Below, piece after piece: positions 26,470-44,410 of a DNA stretch of 64,000 nt (the first letter of the stretch is position 1; every line of letters begins with the position of its first letter). Origin of the DNA: Octopus vulgaris (taxonomy: Eukaryota); contig OX597833.1 in NCBI GenBank assembly GCA_951406725.2, positions 64,914,001 to 64,978,000 on the forward strand, read 5' to 3'. The notes beneath the pieces are model-generated. The model did not search any database, was not told the origin of the DNA, and was given only the letters and a program-made list of their open reading frames with translations. The position numbers were made by a program, and so were the translations under genes.

Positions 26470-26511
26470 AACATGGCTGAAGCTACATGCCAAGGGCAGA
26501 AATCCCGTGTT
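26470..26511 (+). ncRNA. Hammerhead-like motif lacking stem III
   Basis: AACATGG-CTGAAGC-TACA-TGCC-AAG-GGCA-GAAA-TC-CCGTGTT. Confidence 0.4.
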
Positions 26512-26550
26512 CTCATGTGGTAATTTGTGTGTTTTTTTTTTAACTATAAG

Positions 26551-26899
<349 letters not shown>

Positions 26900-26920
26900 C
26901 ATATATATATATACACACAT

Positions 26921-26978
<58 letters not shown>

Positions 26979-27011
26979 GAAGCAAATGAGTAACAAGGAT
27001 GTCCAGGTATC

Positions 27012-27082
27012 AGTGCCTTACGGCCGTTTCAGGCGGCTTCTTTTAAATCGATTAATAAAAAAAAGATCACCTAAGATACACT
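27012..27082 (-). ncRNA. Degenerate hammerhead (5' core partly deleted)
   Basis: Minus: AGTGTAT-CTT-AGGTG...CGCCT-GAAA-CGGCCG-TA-AGGCACT; element 26979-27098 is flanked by (TA)n on both sides. Confidence 0.5.
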
Positions 27083-27099
27083 TGTTGCTTATTTTGATT

Positions 27100-31152
<4,053 letters not shown>

Positions 31153-31774
31153 GGGGGTGTGTGTACATGCATATACACGTTACTCACCTCACCAGTACAT
31201 GTTATCTCCGTCCTCTCTCTCTCTCTCTCTGTGCCTTTCTCTCTTCACCCTTTTCTCTCGCTCTTCTTTTCTCATCCTCTCGTCACTCCTCTTTCTCCTC
31301 CTCCTCCTACCGCCATCTCTCCTGTTACACTTGATATTTTACTCTTAAATGGCTTTAAATCACTAACAGATGCTTCTTATTATTCTATGAGAAGCGAAAA
31401 GACAAGATTGTTGCTGCTAATACCAGTGCTGGTGGCTGAGCTGCTGCTACTACTACCACCACCATCACCACCATCACCACCACCACCAATACTACAGTTG
31501 TTGGTGGTGTTACTCCAAAGCAAACATATGTAAATATTTGCGCTGAAAGAATGTGTCACTATGTGAACGTCCGTTATATTAGAAGTAGCAGCCAGTCGTC
31601 TCCTATATCCCACCTCTATTCTCTTACGAAATGACGTTTTGTATAAAGGATTCATTGATTCACGACAAACCACCACCACACTGCACACAAGGTAAAAGAC
31701 AAGATGATCACGGCTGGAATGTACTTTTTCATTGGTCTGTTCAGTCAGGACTGACTTCGGGCTAAACAAACAAA

Positions 31775-32105
31775 AGTTAAAGTGTGAAGTCTCCACCCTC
31801 GGTCATGAATGACCATGAGTTTGCACCTAGAAAGTTCCTCTCCGATGCACAAGTCTAGGCATTACCAACAGTCGCCCATACAGACACCCCTCTCCATACC
31901 AGCGATTTTATCCAAAGGAAAGGCAAACGTCGACTCAGCTTGGCACCAGTGACGTCGCAACTCTTTGCTACAGCTGAGTGAACTGGATCAACGTGAAATA
32001 AAGTATCTTGCTGAAGAACACAACACAACAGCTTGATCCGGGAATCGAACTCTCTTCCTCGTGATTGCAAGTTTGACGCTCTAACCACTGCACCATGTTC
32101 TTTCA
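31775..32105 (-). mobile_element. tRNA-derived SINE family E
   Basis: Minus head TGGTGCAGTGGTTAGAGCG...GAGTTCGATTCCC; central TTTCACGTTG.TCCAGTTCACTCAGCTG shared with families C/D, distinct tail. Confidence 0.75.
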
Positions 32106-32299
32106 CCACAACAATAACAATTGCCATAAACGTCATCGTTATTCGAGTGAAACATGATTATCTGCATCCAATGGCTCTCAATATGCTGGACGAAATACAT
32201 TTCATACATTTTCTTCTAGAATTTGGTTGTTGGTGTTTTATTGGAACCAGACAGAGACACTGGCTGCTACCAATCGACGTCTGTTATCGTCGAGAAATC

Positions 32300-32960
32300 G
32301 AACAATTGCAGTATTGAAAGAAATTCGGTCAACAGTCGAGAAAGCCAGGACAGCCTTTGGAAATGGCTGGGAAAAAATGATGAAACTTTGTTCCAGAGTT
32401 GATATGTTGATATGTGTGCGCAAAAGCCAGGCCAGCCTTTGGAAATGGCTTGGTAAAAATGAGAAAACTTTGTTCCAGAGTTGATATGTGTGTGTAAAAG
32501 CTAGGCCAGCCTTTGGAATTGGCTTGGAAAAAATGAGAAAACTTTGATCCAGAGTTGATATGTGTGTGTAAAAGCCAGGCCAGCCTTTGGAAATGGCTTG
32601 GAAAACTTTGTTCCAGAGTTGATATATGTGTGTAAAAGTGGTGCATGTTTGACTTTATGGAAGGTCAGACCTCCATGACTCCCTAATGTAAATGGAGGTG
32701 ATATTCTCAAAATGAGCTTAAGGTCGCATGGAGGGCTAGAGAGTAGTAAATCTTTCGAAAAGAAGGTATTCCTTCCTGCTTCTCCCTGAAACCTATAGGA
32801 TTCCGGTATAGTGCCTCAATGATGGATTGATAAGTAGCAAATTCTGCAAAATACTGCTACCCACCATCCTCACGCACTTTCGGGGATTTTTAAGTCAACT
32901 GTGGTTTTTAACTCTCTACACCTTGAAAGTGATCTTTCCCAGATGAAAAACCGCAGCTAC
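32300..32960 (+). mobile_element. Decayed RTE-like LINE fragment
   Basis: KEIRSTVEKARTAFG resembles the RTE motif EIxxRIxKAxxAFG. Confidence 0.45.
32341..32638. repeat. Minisatellite, 4 copies of an approximately 74-bp unit
   Basis: Units start at 32341, 32423, 32497 and 32571 (AAAGCCAGGCCAGCCTTTGGAAATGGC...). Confidence 0.92.
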
Positions 32961-33927
32961 TGGCGTTCAACAACACACATGCATTAACTAAACGATATTG
33001 ATAATGTCTGCATTATTGAGCTGATTCTAACAAATCTTGAATTCATTCTACTTTTGCGATACAATTCAAAATAAGGATATATTTTTCTTTACACTTCTTA
33101 CATATACATTAGGCAAACGAACTTGATTTCCTTTCGGAAGCGAAGGGAGTGTTTTCATTGATATGTAGCAAAATTCAACGAAATACTGGTATCTTCAGCT
33201 TTCATCGATTTCATTCTGATGAAGCCAGTGGTATTTTTCCCTTCGCGAATTCGTAGGAAAGCTATAGAATCCTTAGAACCGTTGCGTTGCATGTTATTTT
33301 AATCTTCCAGCCATATTTGTTGCTTCGCTATACTTATTTTCATATGAAACGGCGCTAAAGAGCTCCTGATTCGCAAAGATATGTTGACACAAACAGAAAT
33401 AGTCCATGGGAAGAATTTTCGTCCACTTTTTGGTCAGGCAGCATAAGCCAAGAATCAAAATTCCGTGATTGATTTTTCATCGAACACTTCTCTGGCTTCC
33501 GTGTCACTCTTCAGGAATTAATTCAAGAAAAATTCTGGAACGTTTTTAAGTGACAATTTAAAAGCATTAAAATCCAAAATTCCATCGTTGATTGCAGAAA
33601 AAATCGACAAAATTTATTTTCTTCGGCCATTAAATGTGACAAAAATTGCCTTGTTTTGCTTTGTTTTTATTTTTAGTTTGGAAGTACGAATTCTTCCCCT
33701 CCACCAACAAAGATTCTTGGTCATTTCTCGAACATTCTGACATATTGGACATTGGTCTTTCACTTCCAATTTTCCATTTTCTTCAGAAAACATTTAAAAA
33801 GATTTTATATTGTTTCAATCTTTCGTTGCCTCGAAAGATTTGGTTATACAAAGCTGCACAAAATAGTATCAACCAAACGATCAAGATGTCTTCTTCCTCG
33901 TTCTTTGACCACCCCAAGCTTACATGT

Positions 33928-34106
33928 TGTTATATCACAATACTGCACAGTGGCTGTGTGAGCGACGAAATCTTCGTCGCCACTGTTATATCGCACGTTC
34001 GGATGACCTCTACTCAACTCTGACGTCTAGACTTCTCCCTCTATATCTACGTATTGGGCTAGCCTACTTCATCGTCTGGGGGCGTCCACACAACACATGT
34101 ATAACT
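33928..34106. repeat. Unclassified dispersed repeat, copy 2, inserted in the hAT relic
   Basis: Matches 22356-22505; ends read GTTATA...TATAAC. Confidence 0.75.
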
Positions 34107-34239
34107 TGAACTCGTCTCTAATCTCAAACATTTGTTCAGTTATATCGTTTCTTGAAGGCCATTGAGTATTTGAATGTATAAAGTACAACAGTGACTTGCT
34201 TCCATTCGGATACAAACCTGTTTGAAATTTCATGATTAA

Positions 34240-34543
34240 CTAGCAGTATCGCCCGGCGTTGGTCGGGTTTGTAAGGGAAATAACTATATAAGCATTTTTA
34301 GAGAGTTACTTCCCTTATATAAACCGAGCGAAAAATGCATTAAAAATTCGGAAAAATGATGGTAAATTTTTTTATCATCGTAGACTCATTGTAGCCGCGT
34401 GCTAATACCCAGAAGGGCTCGATATGAATCACGGCTATAAGATACCCGCTTTTGGTTAAACTGCACCCCAAAATGTGGGAGTAGTTAGGAATCTAAATCG
34501 GAGGAGACAGACACACACACAACTTCAGTTTTATATATAAGGA
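34240..34543 (-). mobile_element. Non-autonomous Helitron
   Basis: Minus strand starts TC, ends with hairpin CCCGACCAACGCCGGG then CTAG; sits between A and T with no TSD. Confidence 0.88.
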
Positions 34544-36164
34544 TAACGTCTTCTCTTCACATAATTTTCGATTTGAATTGTATAATCTAATAATATTCCA
34601 TCCTGTAGCTGAAAGCATTTTTGAGGCCAGCACTGGAGGTGTTACTGCAATGAATAGTTTCAATTGATACAGTTCCTTACTTAAACACAAATCAAAACCC
34701 ATAGTTTTGTTTCCAACATAGCAGATGTCAAAGAGGGAGGCCTTGCTGTAAATGTTGACCCCTCTACCCTTTTTTTGTCCAATACACTCACAATGAAGTG
34801 AAGGTTTTACAGTATACATCGAGTTTCAAGTAAGCATACATATTATTACCAATTCTTATCTTCTTGACTTGATTTTTGCACGGATTCACACCACCACCCG
34901 CCTCTTAGGTGCCTTTTGTGTGGCAAGCGCTGTACTTTGGCCGTAAATCCGTCGCACAATTCAAAACCACGAGTCTCGACGTATCATTTGTGATGTTCCT
35001 TCGGCTACTAGAATGGGAACCATATCTCGAGTAAAAGATATCCCCTTTCCTTTCCATTGGTGGTAAGGCCTCCAAAAAGTTAAGTTCTTTGCTCTTCTTC
35101 TTATGTCTAAATTCATAAAATCATTATCCAACTGTCTCGCCAGTCTCCGCTCTGAACTATTTCGCCAAATATTCTCTGTAAAGAAATCTTATGAGCGTTT
35201 TATCTTTTAATATCGATCTGTTGATTCTAACCTGAACATCAATGATCTTTTTCATCTCCAGCAAGAATCTGAAGAGATTATTGTTTCCGTTGTCGTTATT
35301 CTTGTTGTTGTTGTTGTTGTCGTTGTGGTCGTACATATTATCTATTATTTGGTCGATTTTTCTTCTAATACCTGAGTATGAATGATGTCAGATTTCTATT
35401 CTCGTTTACTCAGCTGTCATTTTTTCCGCTCCTCAACAGAAACACACATAAACGAAGACAATTTAGCATTATGGCGAATTAGATTAAAGATTTGAGAAAG
35501 GAAAGTTGTGCTTTTCCTCGTTCCCGAGTGATTTATTGTTTTGTAACAAAGCTTTCAAAGGGTTTGATCTTAAATTCTTATTAATCTTACTAGATAAATA
35601 ATGCTTTGAAATAATTTTTATAGGCGCCCTTGCTGGTTTATTATACTAAACAATTTTACTTGTATTTTAACATTTACATTTCTATTACAAAACCAGTGCC
35701 GTGCAAATAAATATTTAAAATGGCTCGTTTGAATGACCGGTTTGAATTAAAATTTTGAAAACATATTTGTCATCAAAGAATATTAGTAGAAGAACGCCAA
35801 ACATATTCTCTAGCAAAATTTATTTAGTTTTGTGTTAAACATTATTGACAAGGAGAGAAGGAGAGAGATACTCTAAAGCTATGCCGATAAATATATATGT
35901 GTGTGTTGGTGTGTGTGTGGTGTGTGTGTGTGTAGTAATATTAAGATTATACTTTAATAAAATTGAATAATAAGAACAATAATGACATGCATACATAAAT
36001 ACACGTTTATATATATATCTATATATATATATGCTCATATATATATATATACATACCCACACTCAAACACACAATAATATTATACTTTAATAAAATTGAA
36101 TAATAACAACAATAATGATATATATATATACAAAAATATACATTTACATATATCTTTAGATATA

Positions 36165-36212
<48 letters not shown>

Positions 36213-36405
36213 CATAGGCAAAGCTGAATATTTGCTTCAAAGCTATGTGGTTTCGGGCTACAATGTGATTATGCGGCACCTCGAGAAAGTAACATCTATA
36301 TTAAAACCCTGGTCGACTACTGTCTTATTAGGGAATTTATCGAACGGAAACTGTGCTAAAACTCGTTATCGTTCAGCGTATACGCACGCACACACACACA
36401 CGCAG

Positions 36406-36448
<43 letters not shown>

Positions 36449-36796
36449 AAAATGCGCGTGGGTGTGTGCCTGTGTAGTTTGTTGCCAACAGCATGACTTG
36501 AGGTGATTTCTTTATGCTCCTATGATCAAGCGGTTTTCTGAAATATATGACAGAATAAATAGTAGACGTGAAGTAATATGTCAAATTGGAGTCCCACCCT
36601 GGACCCTCAGTTGAATGAGTTAACACACATATATACTACACACACATTTATATATATATATATACGATGGAACATGTTCAATTTACAATTACCCCTCCTT
36701 TAATACCTTCTCAAACAGTCCATAGTTTCTCTATATTGCTTGTCGAATAAATTCCAGAAGACAGTGTCCAGCATGTTCTTCTTTCTTTAAAAATAA

Positions 36797-37093
36797 CTAG
36801 CAGTATCGCCCGACGTTGCTCGGGTTTGTAAGGGAAATAACTATATAAGCATTTTTAGAGAGTTATAGCCAAAAAATAGCCCCCAAAAATGCATTAAAAA
36901 TGGAAAAAAATGATGGTAATTTTTTTTCAAATCGTAGACTCATCGTAGACGCGCGCTAATACCCAGAAGGGCTCGATATGAATCACGACTATAAGATACC
37001 CGGCTTTGGTTAAACTGCACCGCAGAATGTGGGAGTAGTTAGGAATCTAAATCGTAGGAGACAGACACACAACTTCACTTTTATATATAAAGA
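36797..37093 (-). mobile_element. Non-autonomous Helitron (short variant)
   Basis: Same termini and body as 34240-34543. Confidence 0.88.
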
Positions 37094-37606
37094 CTAGCAG
37101 TATCGCCCGGCGTTGCTCGGGTTTGTAAGGGAAATAACTATATAAGCATTTTTAGAGAGTTACTTCCCTTATAGATGCCAATTCGGGCTTTCTTAGCCAT
37201 TTATATTTTGGTGTTTTCAAGCCATGAAGTCGTTGTTCTAAAAGAACGCTAGTCTCCTTGACAACGCTTTACGACGTTGATTTCCTTACACTCCCTTCCC
37301 CACAGCTTCACGAGGGAGGGAAGAAGGGGGAAAGCTACACAGGTGCAGGTGTGACCATGGACGCCAACTCCGCCGCCATCGACACACGAAAAATTATGCA
37401 TTAAAATGGAATAAAAAATGATGTTAAATTATTTTTAAAATCGTAGACTCATCATAGACGCGCGCTAATACCCAGACGGACTCGATATGAATCACGACTA
37501 TAAGATACCCGAATTTGGTTAAACTGCACCGAAAAATGTGGGAGTAGTTAGGAATCTAAATCGAAGGGGACAGACACTCACACAACTACAGTTTTATATA
37601 TATAGA
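37094..37606 (-). mobile_element. Non-autonomous Helitron (long variant, about 210-bp extra internal segment)
   Basis: Same termini; directly fused to the neighbouring copy. Confidence 0.88.
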
Positions 37607-37849
37607 TATAATGCTATACGATGCGCATTTGGTTGCTCTTTATTATAGAGAGGACGAGGGACTTCGTTGCCGAAACTGATAAACCTACTTATTGTAATGA
37701 CAATAGTACTACTGGTGCTTCTTGTGTACAAGATAATAAATTATTTCAGCCACCCTGCCAGCGACCACACTTCGACTCTGATAGAAGCTTCGCTTTAAAG
37801 TGACCGGCATTAAAAGCGATCAAACTTAAATGTGAATTTAGGTTCCAAT

Positions 37850-38627
37850 AAATAAATAAAAATAAATGCGCCCTTTTAAAGCCTAGCCAAGCTTATGGGC
37901 CAGGTTTTCCGGTTTCAATGGCGCATGTGTTCCCCCCAGCTGGACGGGACGCCAGTCCATTGCAGCGTTACTCATTTTTGCCAGCTGAGTGGACTGGAGC
38001 AACGTGAAATGAAGTGTTTTGCTCAATAACACAACGCGTCGCCCGGTCCAGGAATCGAAACCACAATCTTACGATCATGGTGCTGACACCCTAACTACTA
38101 AGCCACGCACCTACACTAATAAATGTACCCTTTTAAAGCCTAGCCAGACTCATGGGCCAGGTTTTCCTGTTTCAATGGCGCATGTGTTCCCCAGCTGGAC
38201 GGGACGCCAGTCCACCGCAGCGTTACTCATTTTTGCCAGCTGAGTGGATTGGAGCAACGTGAAATGAAGTGTTTTACTCAGGAACACAATGCGTCGCCCG
38301 GTCCAGGAATCGAAACCACAATCTTACGATCATGGTGCTGACACCCTAACTACTAAGCCACGCACCTACACTAATAAATGTACCCTTTTAAAGCCTAGCC
38401 AGACTCATGGGCCAGGTTTTCCTGTTTCAATGGCGCATGTGTTCCCCAGCTGGACGGGACGCCAGTCCACCGCAGCGTTACTCATTTTTGCCAGCTGAGT
38501 GGATTGGAGCAACGTGAAATGAAGTGTTTTACTCAGGAACACAACGCGTCGCCCGGTCCAGGAATCGAAACCACAATATTACGATCATGATGCTGACACC
38601 GTAACCACTAAGCCACGCGCCTCCACA
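37850..38627 (-). mobile_element. Three tandem SINE family C copies (period about 255 bp)
   Basis: Unit repeated with identical junctions AAGCCACGCACCTACACTAATAAATGTACCC. Confidence 0.92.
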
Positions 38628-39215
38628 AAGATTAGATATATATATGTATATAATTAAATATAGATATCAAAGAAGAAAAAAAAAATAAGATTCGAGAAGA
38701 AATATATAACACGGAAGGATCCACAAATGACGGTGGGGGGAGGTTCCAAACATCATCTTGAAGAAATACCAAGTTATTTTAATGCGCTACAAATCATTTT
38801 CAAAATGTCTCGCATCAAATGCAGTTACATTTCTAAAGAAATATGATAAGAAAACGGTTAAATGTCAAGACGCCTTTTACATCCAGCTTGGGAAAAAAAA
38901 AAAAAAAAACTTAAATGAAACACGTTCAATTCAGAAGCTGAACAGAATAATGTCTACCTCATATGTCATCAGTTTCTTCTTGTTTTGTTGTTGTTGTTGT
39001 TGTTGTTGTTCATAATTCATAAATTATTGTTTCCAAGAGTTGTCATCTGATATGACAGTTAGCTCCGTTAATCGATCAGGAATTATTGATGCACTAAAAG
39101 ACAATCATATCAATTTGCGATTACAGCGGAATGGATACCCGGAGAAGCGGTGGAAATATATGCTTTAATGGATTACACACACATACACACACATATATGT
39201 ATATATGTGTATAAC

Positions 39216-39260
<45 letters not shown>

Positions 39261-39268
<8 letters not shown>

Positions 39269-39323
39269 GTTGTACCCCCTACTGTCACGTTCTTGTTAGA
39301 TTGACAGTATACAACCATTCTAT
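39261..39323. repeat. Short bulged inverted repeat abutting (TA)n
   Basis: ATAGAATGGTTGTA-ccccc-TACTGTCA ... TGACAGTA-TACAACCATTCTAT. Confidence 0.85.
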
Positions 39324-39461
39324 CGCCCCACCACCGTACATGTCTCTACGAGAGATTTAGAAATTCAATATTTCTTATATATATATATATATATATATAA
39401 ATATTAGTATATAATACATGTCTTTGCTGTCTTTGCGTGTGTCTATCTGTCTGTGTATGTA

Positions 39462-39557
<96 letters not shown>

Positions 39558-40366
39558 CATACACATACACGCACACACACGTATATGTATACAGACTGAG
39601 ACACACAGAGACATATATATATATATGTATATATATATATATGTGTGTATGTGCGTGCGTATATAGATATATATATATATACGCACGTCTATATATATAA
39701 ACATCCAAAACGATGAAGACGGTAAGCATATATATCGCTTGATACACTGGACGCAAAAGTTATTGGTCGGTCGAGGATATAAGGCGGTTAAGCTTTCACT
39801 CCGTTATAAACAATACGCCGCGTATCGGGATTGAAATCGAAACGACACTATTTAACGCCACAGTGACGTTGCCAAAGAGTAATATTTAAAAGACTAGCAA
39901 GAGCAGGAATATTGGTATATATCATGTAAATTCAAGCAATTTCATTTGTTACATATATGCTGAAAGAAACAGATCAAAAATCCTCCTATAATATACATTA
40001 TTAAAACAGGCCATGAAATATGTAAAAATGTGCGATAATTAAATGTAGAAAGGATATTCTGTAATCCAAATTCTGTCGTATTCTTCATAATTTATTCCGT
40101 TATATCATCAGGTCACACAGTATGAGAGAAGAATGAAGATGCTTCGTTTAGAATTTAATATTTAACATTTTACATTAAAATACAATAAACGCTACTTTCA
40201 ATAAATTTGTTGAATTAAAATGGCGATTATCCACTATGCACACGTATACTTGCAATCACATGCACTAACATATACAGATATGCATGTATACACATGCGAA
40301 CGTGCTCTTATATCTATCTGTCTAACCCCCCTCTCTCTCTCTCTCTTTCTATATATATATATATAT

Positions 40367-40397
<31 letters not shown>

Positions 40398-40483
40398 TAT
40401 AGATAGATAGATAGATAGACAGATAGACAGATAGATAGTTAGATAGATAGATAGATATAGATATATAGATATCTATCTATCTA

Positions 40484-40532
<49 letters not shown>

Positions 40533-41437
40533 AATTAATTATGGGTAGAAATTGATATTTATCTATTAAAACCTGTGGTCTAGCATATTAAAAAAGAATC
40601 CGATGATTAAAATATTTATATATACCAATTAAGGACTGAACACGAAAAGTGGACAGTCAACATGCTAGATATAGACGTCAAATCGCCATTCTCCACAAAA
40701 GATTATGTTCTCAATTATGTATATATATATATATAATAAATATTAGGGAGTGGCGTTTTTTTGACTTTTTATTAAAATTTTATGTATTGATTAAGTCTTT
40801 CCTTGTTTGTTTTGCAAAATAGTGGTTTTGTCTCTAATAATATTATATATATATATATATATATACATAAACATATATATACTTAAATATATGTGTATAT
40901 CTCTATGTCTTTATATATATATATATATCCTTCTATAAATATATATGTGCATAGAAGTGTGTATAATTATATAGTTAGGAAGTCTTGTTTGTCATAATAA
41001 AGAGCAAATTTTTTACGTTCATTTCTGGGATTTCGTTTATTTATTCGCAAATCTTACGTTTTAATGTATCTAGTCCACACAAGCAATTCCATGGCGATGC
41101 ACTGCAATTGGCCCCGCGACAAGGCAACATGAGTGCAACTAAGCAGTTTGACATCTTACAATGTATTTTTATTCCGACTCATAAGGAATCAAATTAAATT
41201 CGATGTATACCGCTTTGTGACTTTAAATGCTTTAAATTATGAAAATGAATTCTTCAAATCGCAATTGTGTACACATACATGCATTCATGTATACATATAT
41301 ATTCATATTTATGTATATGCATAAAAAAATATATATGTGTATATGTATATATATATGTGTATATGTATATATATATATTATATATGTATATATATATACA
41401 TCACAGCATGTATATTTCTATGTGTGTATATATATAT

Positions 41438-41515
41438 AACGGGAAGCTTTATGAAAATAAACAAAAGACGAATGCAGGTGGAGTACAAACAAACAATTGT
41501 ATTAGTATGACGCTC
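41438..41515 (-). mobile_element. 3' tail of the HHR-bearing short element, inside (TA)n
   Basis: Reverse complement of about 53917-53995; truncated before the HHR. Confidence 0.75.
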
Positions 41516-41558
41516 ATATATATATATATATATATGTATATATGTTTGCATATATATG

Positions 41559-41593
<35 letters not shown>

Positions 41594-43199
41594 TTGTATG
41601 CATGTGTATATAGATATATATACACACACACATACAAGTATGTGTCATACATACACACACCGGACGACAAAATGTAAGAGCGTCACATATATAGATATAT
41701 AAGTTCCCTTATACCTATGCAGCCCTGTACATGAGTGTGTATATGAGATTGAGGGATAGATTTTGTGTGGAACTAAGTGATACCAGTTGCTCTTTATTTC
41801 TAATATGTAATCCAGTATATCTTGAGATGTTCTCGCGTACTCATAGAATAATTCGCCATGTTTTTTTTATTTTTTCCTTGAGTTGGGTATCTGCAAATAT
41901 ATTAAAATGAGAAATGATCGATCCAGAAACGGATTGAATCTGACCAGAAGTCAAAATGTATCTAGGAATAAAATGCAGGACCTTGAAATAATCGACATTG
42001 TAAACGTGGATACTGCCAGATTATGTTTGAAAGGGATAGACCTCACCACAGTAGGAATATGTGTGTTTTTCTGTCTGTGTTTATGGGAGCAAGTGGTTGG
42101 GACAGATGGAGATGAAGTTACCTTGAATAGGTTCAAACCCGCGACCACGGGCTAATTTGCGCCTCCCAATCATGCGGTCATGATACACACACATCTGCAT
42201 GTGTACATATATACATTGCCACATGTATACATTGGTGCATATATTATATACATCTAGAAATGTTTGAAATCTTGTTGAAGATGCTCTGTGTGTGTGTGTC
42301 TGTGTGTGTGTATTGAGGAACAGATGAAGATAGATTTTGTCGGGAAGACATTATACGCATACAGCTTTGATACAGCCGCTCTTAGTGAAACTTGATCTTA
42401 TGTGGTGGAATAAAATTGTGAGAGGGTTAATACCTCATTCAGCGTTTTTAAAAAGATCAATGTTTTAGAGAAGCAAAAGTCGGCGGGCGCTTTTCGTCTT
42501 CTCCCAGCCTTAACGTCCTTGTACCATTATCATTCATCTCATTAATGTTCGTGTCCAACCCGCAAGCTTCCCTACTCTATCTACTGCCTTTATGGCAAAT
42601 TTGATTAGACAAAGTAGAAGAAATTGGACGAGGTTATATCGGTTCTTTAGAAATGCACGTAAGAAATCAGGGTCAATGGTACAGCTAAGGGATTCCAATA
42701 ATGACTACCATTGCTAAACAACATTACTGTCACTAAATAATAATGATGGCATTATTCTTTATTATGATCATAAAAATCGATACAAAGATAGGACACTACA
42801 GGTCAAAGCACAATTACAGAAAAAGTTATGTATAGTTCGTATGATATTTAAAAATTTAGGATAATAAATATAACATTAGATTTTAAATTTATCCTTTTTT
42901 TAGGATAAATATCCTTTTTTTAGGAAAACAAATCTCCTTTTTTTAGAAAAATAAATAAAACAGTACAGAGTTTGACCCGGCAGCCTGAAAGGCCCAGCAA
43001 CTATTTTCTTCTTTCATTGATGATTAAGCTTGGTTACTCACACCCATCTTTCTCATCACATCCTTCCAACGTTTCGACGTGTAATGCAGGTTTTGAAGCA
43101 TATAAGACGCCATATTTCATAATTTGTCATAATCTGACAACGTTATTGAATAAACGTAAGACATTCTTTTTTGTATAATTTACGTCATACCATTTAAAA

Positions 43200-44410
43200 C
43201 GCCTCTAATGACAAGTTCGTACTACTTGGAGAGTTTAACGACGGTCGTTTTTTGTGCTGATGGTTGATCTGTTGTAACAGTCCAACAGAGTGTAGGTATC
43301 AAGAACCGTAAGGGAATTGTGTATGCTGTCTTTTATTATGAAGCTTTATGTTACAAATATACTATACCAGGGACCCAACGGCCATAATACGACTCTTTTT
43401 AATTCAAGTATTGGCATTTAAGTCACCAACCACTTAATCTTGAATAAAGAGATAGCATTTTCCTGTTTTCAGTCCTTACTCCTTGTTGGTTATCGGATCT
43501 CTTATAGTAGTGTAGCACATTATCTCTTAGAATTTTGTTAAAACACAACGTCAAAATATCAAACTGCGAGATGCATAAATGTCAATTCGCTGAATGCTGA
43601 GGATAAGAAACGTGAGAGATCTGAGATAAATTGGGTGCAAATGTGTGAAATGTCAATATTGCTGGAAACAGTGAAGACTCTTCGAGATGTCTTAAAGAAG
43701 CAGTGGATTGTATTTTCTTTGAAATATATGAATTACCTCGCAGTAAGACACAGAAAAGTTGTGTTAGATAAATTGCATGACACACAATGGAATGGATATG
43801 TGAGAGTAAACGCCAAGGAAGGAAGAGAACATTTTAAGCTAATAAAATCTGAATAAAAAATATTATTTGAATATTATTAAAGACAGATAGATGGCGCAAA
43901 ATCAATAGAGATGCATTCAGCACCAAACACTGAATATTTCCTATGGAGGCTATGAAAAAATATGATAAACTACAGGGGTTTGGTTTTAACGCTCATGAAT
44001 GATATGGAACTGCCGGCTGACAAAAATGTGTCAGAAATGTGTCAAAATGTGAAGGGAACCCTTTCTGATGGTCGACTCGTCAATTAACAAGTATGAGTAA
44101 TCAGTGACTCAAAGGTCTATGATACTACGGCAGATATTTAGACTGAAACTCAGTATAGACCTTGTCGCAACAAGATGGCCTCTGAGTAATCTCCTGGTCA
44201 AGACTCCATGTTTTCGGATGTTTAGAAGCAGATATATCAAATAGACATTTAGTTGTGAAGCCATGGAGTATTTTTGGATGATATAGAGCAACAAGTACGT
44301 TCCTAATCAATTTAAGGATACTTATAGCCAACATTCTAGAAAGACTAAGGCAATGAAATAATTCCTGGGGAACATCGTTGTATTTGTATTATCAATAACG
44401 TCACGGTTCA
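43200..44410 (+). mobile_element. Decayed RTE-clade LINE (APE endonuclease to start of RT)
   Basis: LLGEFN (GDFN), SKYWHL (SKHWHL), KMASE*SPGQDS (GKAPGPDG), VPNQFKD and HRCICII (YRGISLL) in order. Confidence 0.7.

Larger units (their letters stand above)
33280..34800 (-). mobile_element. hAT transposase pseudogene (Buster/Charlie-type)
   Basis: Ordered minus motifs TSAML, TIHC, VLASKML, LLYFIHSNTQWPSRNDITEQMFEIRDEF, NLSRQ, LKSDTEAREVFDEKSITEF, FVSTYLCESG (hAT dimerization domain); two nested insertions. Confidence 0.85.

Noticed and set aside
32341-32638. CRISPR-like regular repeat
   Set aside because: Whole units repeat with no unique spacers; eukaryotic context and no cas genes.
34820-35340. 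Minus-strand Asn-rich short ORFs upstream of the hAT relic
   Set aside because: Short, microsatellite-driven and unrecognised; cannot be assigned to a gene or the transposase.
41883-42155. 90-aa non-repetitive ORF
   Set aside because: Non-ATG start, no recognisable motif and no convincing splice sites.
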